Below are positions 63,561 through 64,000 of a stretch of DNA of 64,000 nucleotides, piece by piece. Source of the stretch: Balanoglossus misakiensis. Lineage: Eukaryota; Animalia; Hemichordata. A program made the position numbers and the translations under genes. How positions within the stretch are numbered: position 1 is the stretch's first letter; the number at the start of each line of letters is the position of its first letter. A model generated the notes under the pieces. The model saw nothing but the letters and a program-made list of their open reading frames with translations, made no database searches and was not told where the DNA came from. The stretch is from positions 4,886,301 to 4,950,300 of the forward strand of contig CM082577.2 in assembly GCA_040954595.2 (NCBI GenBank), in the 5' to 3' direction.

Positions 63561-64000
63561 GTTAGTGACCGTGACCTCAGGTCACAGCTCTTGTCCTGAG
63601 TAGGGTGTGGGGCGCTTCTTTATTGTTCAGTCACCTGTGGTATTTCTGTTTGAAGGGTGGAGCATTCTCACAGAATCACTCAACTAAGAACAGAGATGCA
63701 CGGATGCTTCCACATAAAATCACGCCAAAACAAACAGGAATTTCTAAAATTGTTTATAGACAGCTAATTTACCAAAACTGCAACCAACAGTTAACTGACA
63801 ATTTATTAATTTCTGAAGACAATACCATACAGCCTTACAGGACTGAATTTTTTGAGAAAAATCATTCCAAGTGATGTACAAAATCTCGTAGCCGCCTTTT
63901 TGCACACTATGCTAAACCAGTCGCTTGATTTCATTATAGATTACTTTCTAATACTAGTTTTTATCTGCTCTTTTCCCTTACAAGTAAACCACTTTGTCTT

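Overview
Animal (non-vertebrate-looking, AT-rich introns, GT-AG splicing) genomic DNA with no prokaryotic features. (1) 1-~8750 is a very homogeneous 87-bp tandem satellite (~100 copies, open at the window edge). It shows a nascent 3.4-4.1 kb higher-order duplication and a strand-switch inverted cap at its right edge. (2) ~11.5-55.5 kb on the minus strand is one complete unconventional class XV myosin gene (MYO15/Drosophila sisyphus-like). I traced it by hand as ~50 phase-compatible exons: N-terminal SH3-like region, motor, 3 IQ, MyTH4, split FERM with a long low-complexity insert, SH3, MyTH4, FERM. The most notable feature is a 4515-bp frame-symmetric (phase 0-0) giant exon in the tail encoding 1505 aa of repetitive, probably disordered sequence. 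It would switch the protein between ~2871 and ~4376 aa. There are also candidate symmetric microexons, a possible headless-isoform start and a possible alternative last exon. (3) Several intronic MITEs and CpG-rich promoter-like islands at ~58.5-58.8 and ~62.5-63.6 kb. All exon boundaries are manual predictions without transcript evidence.
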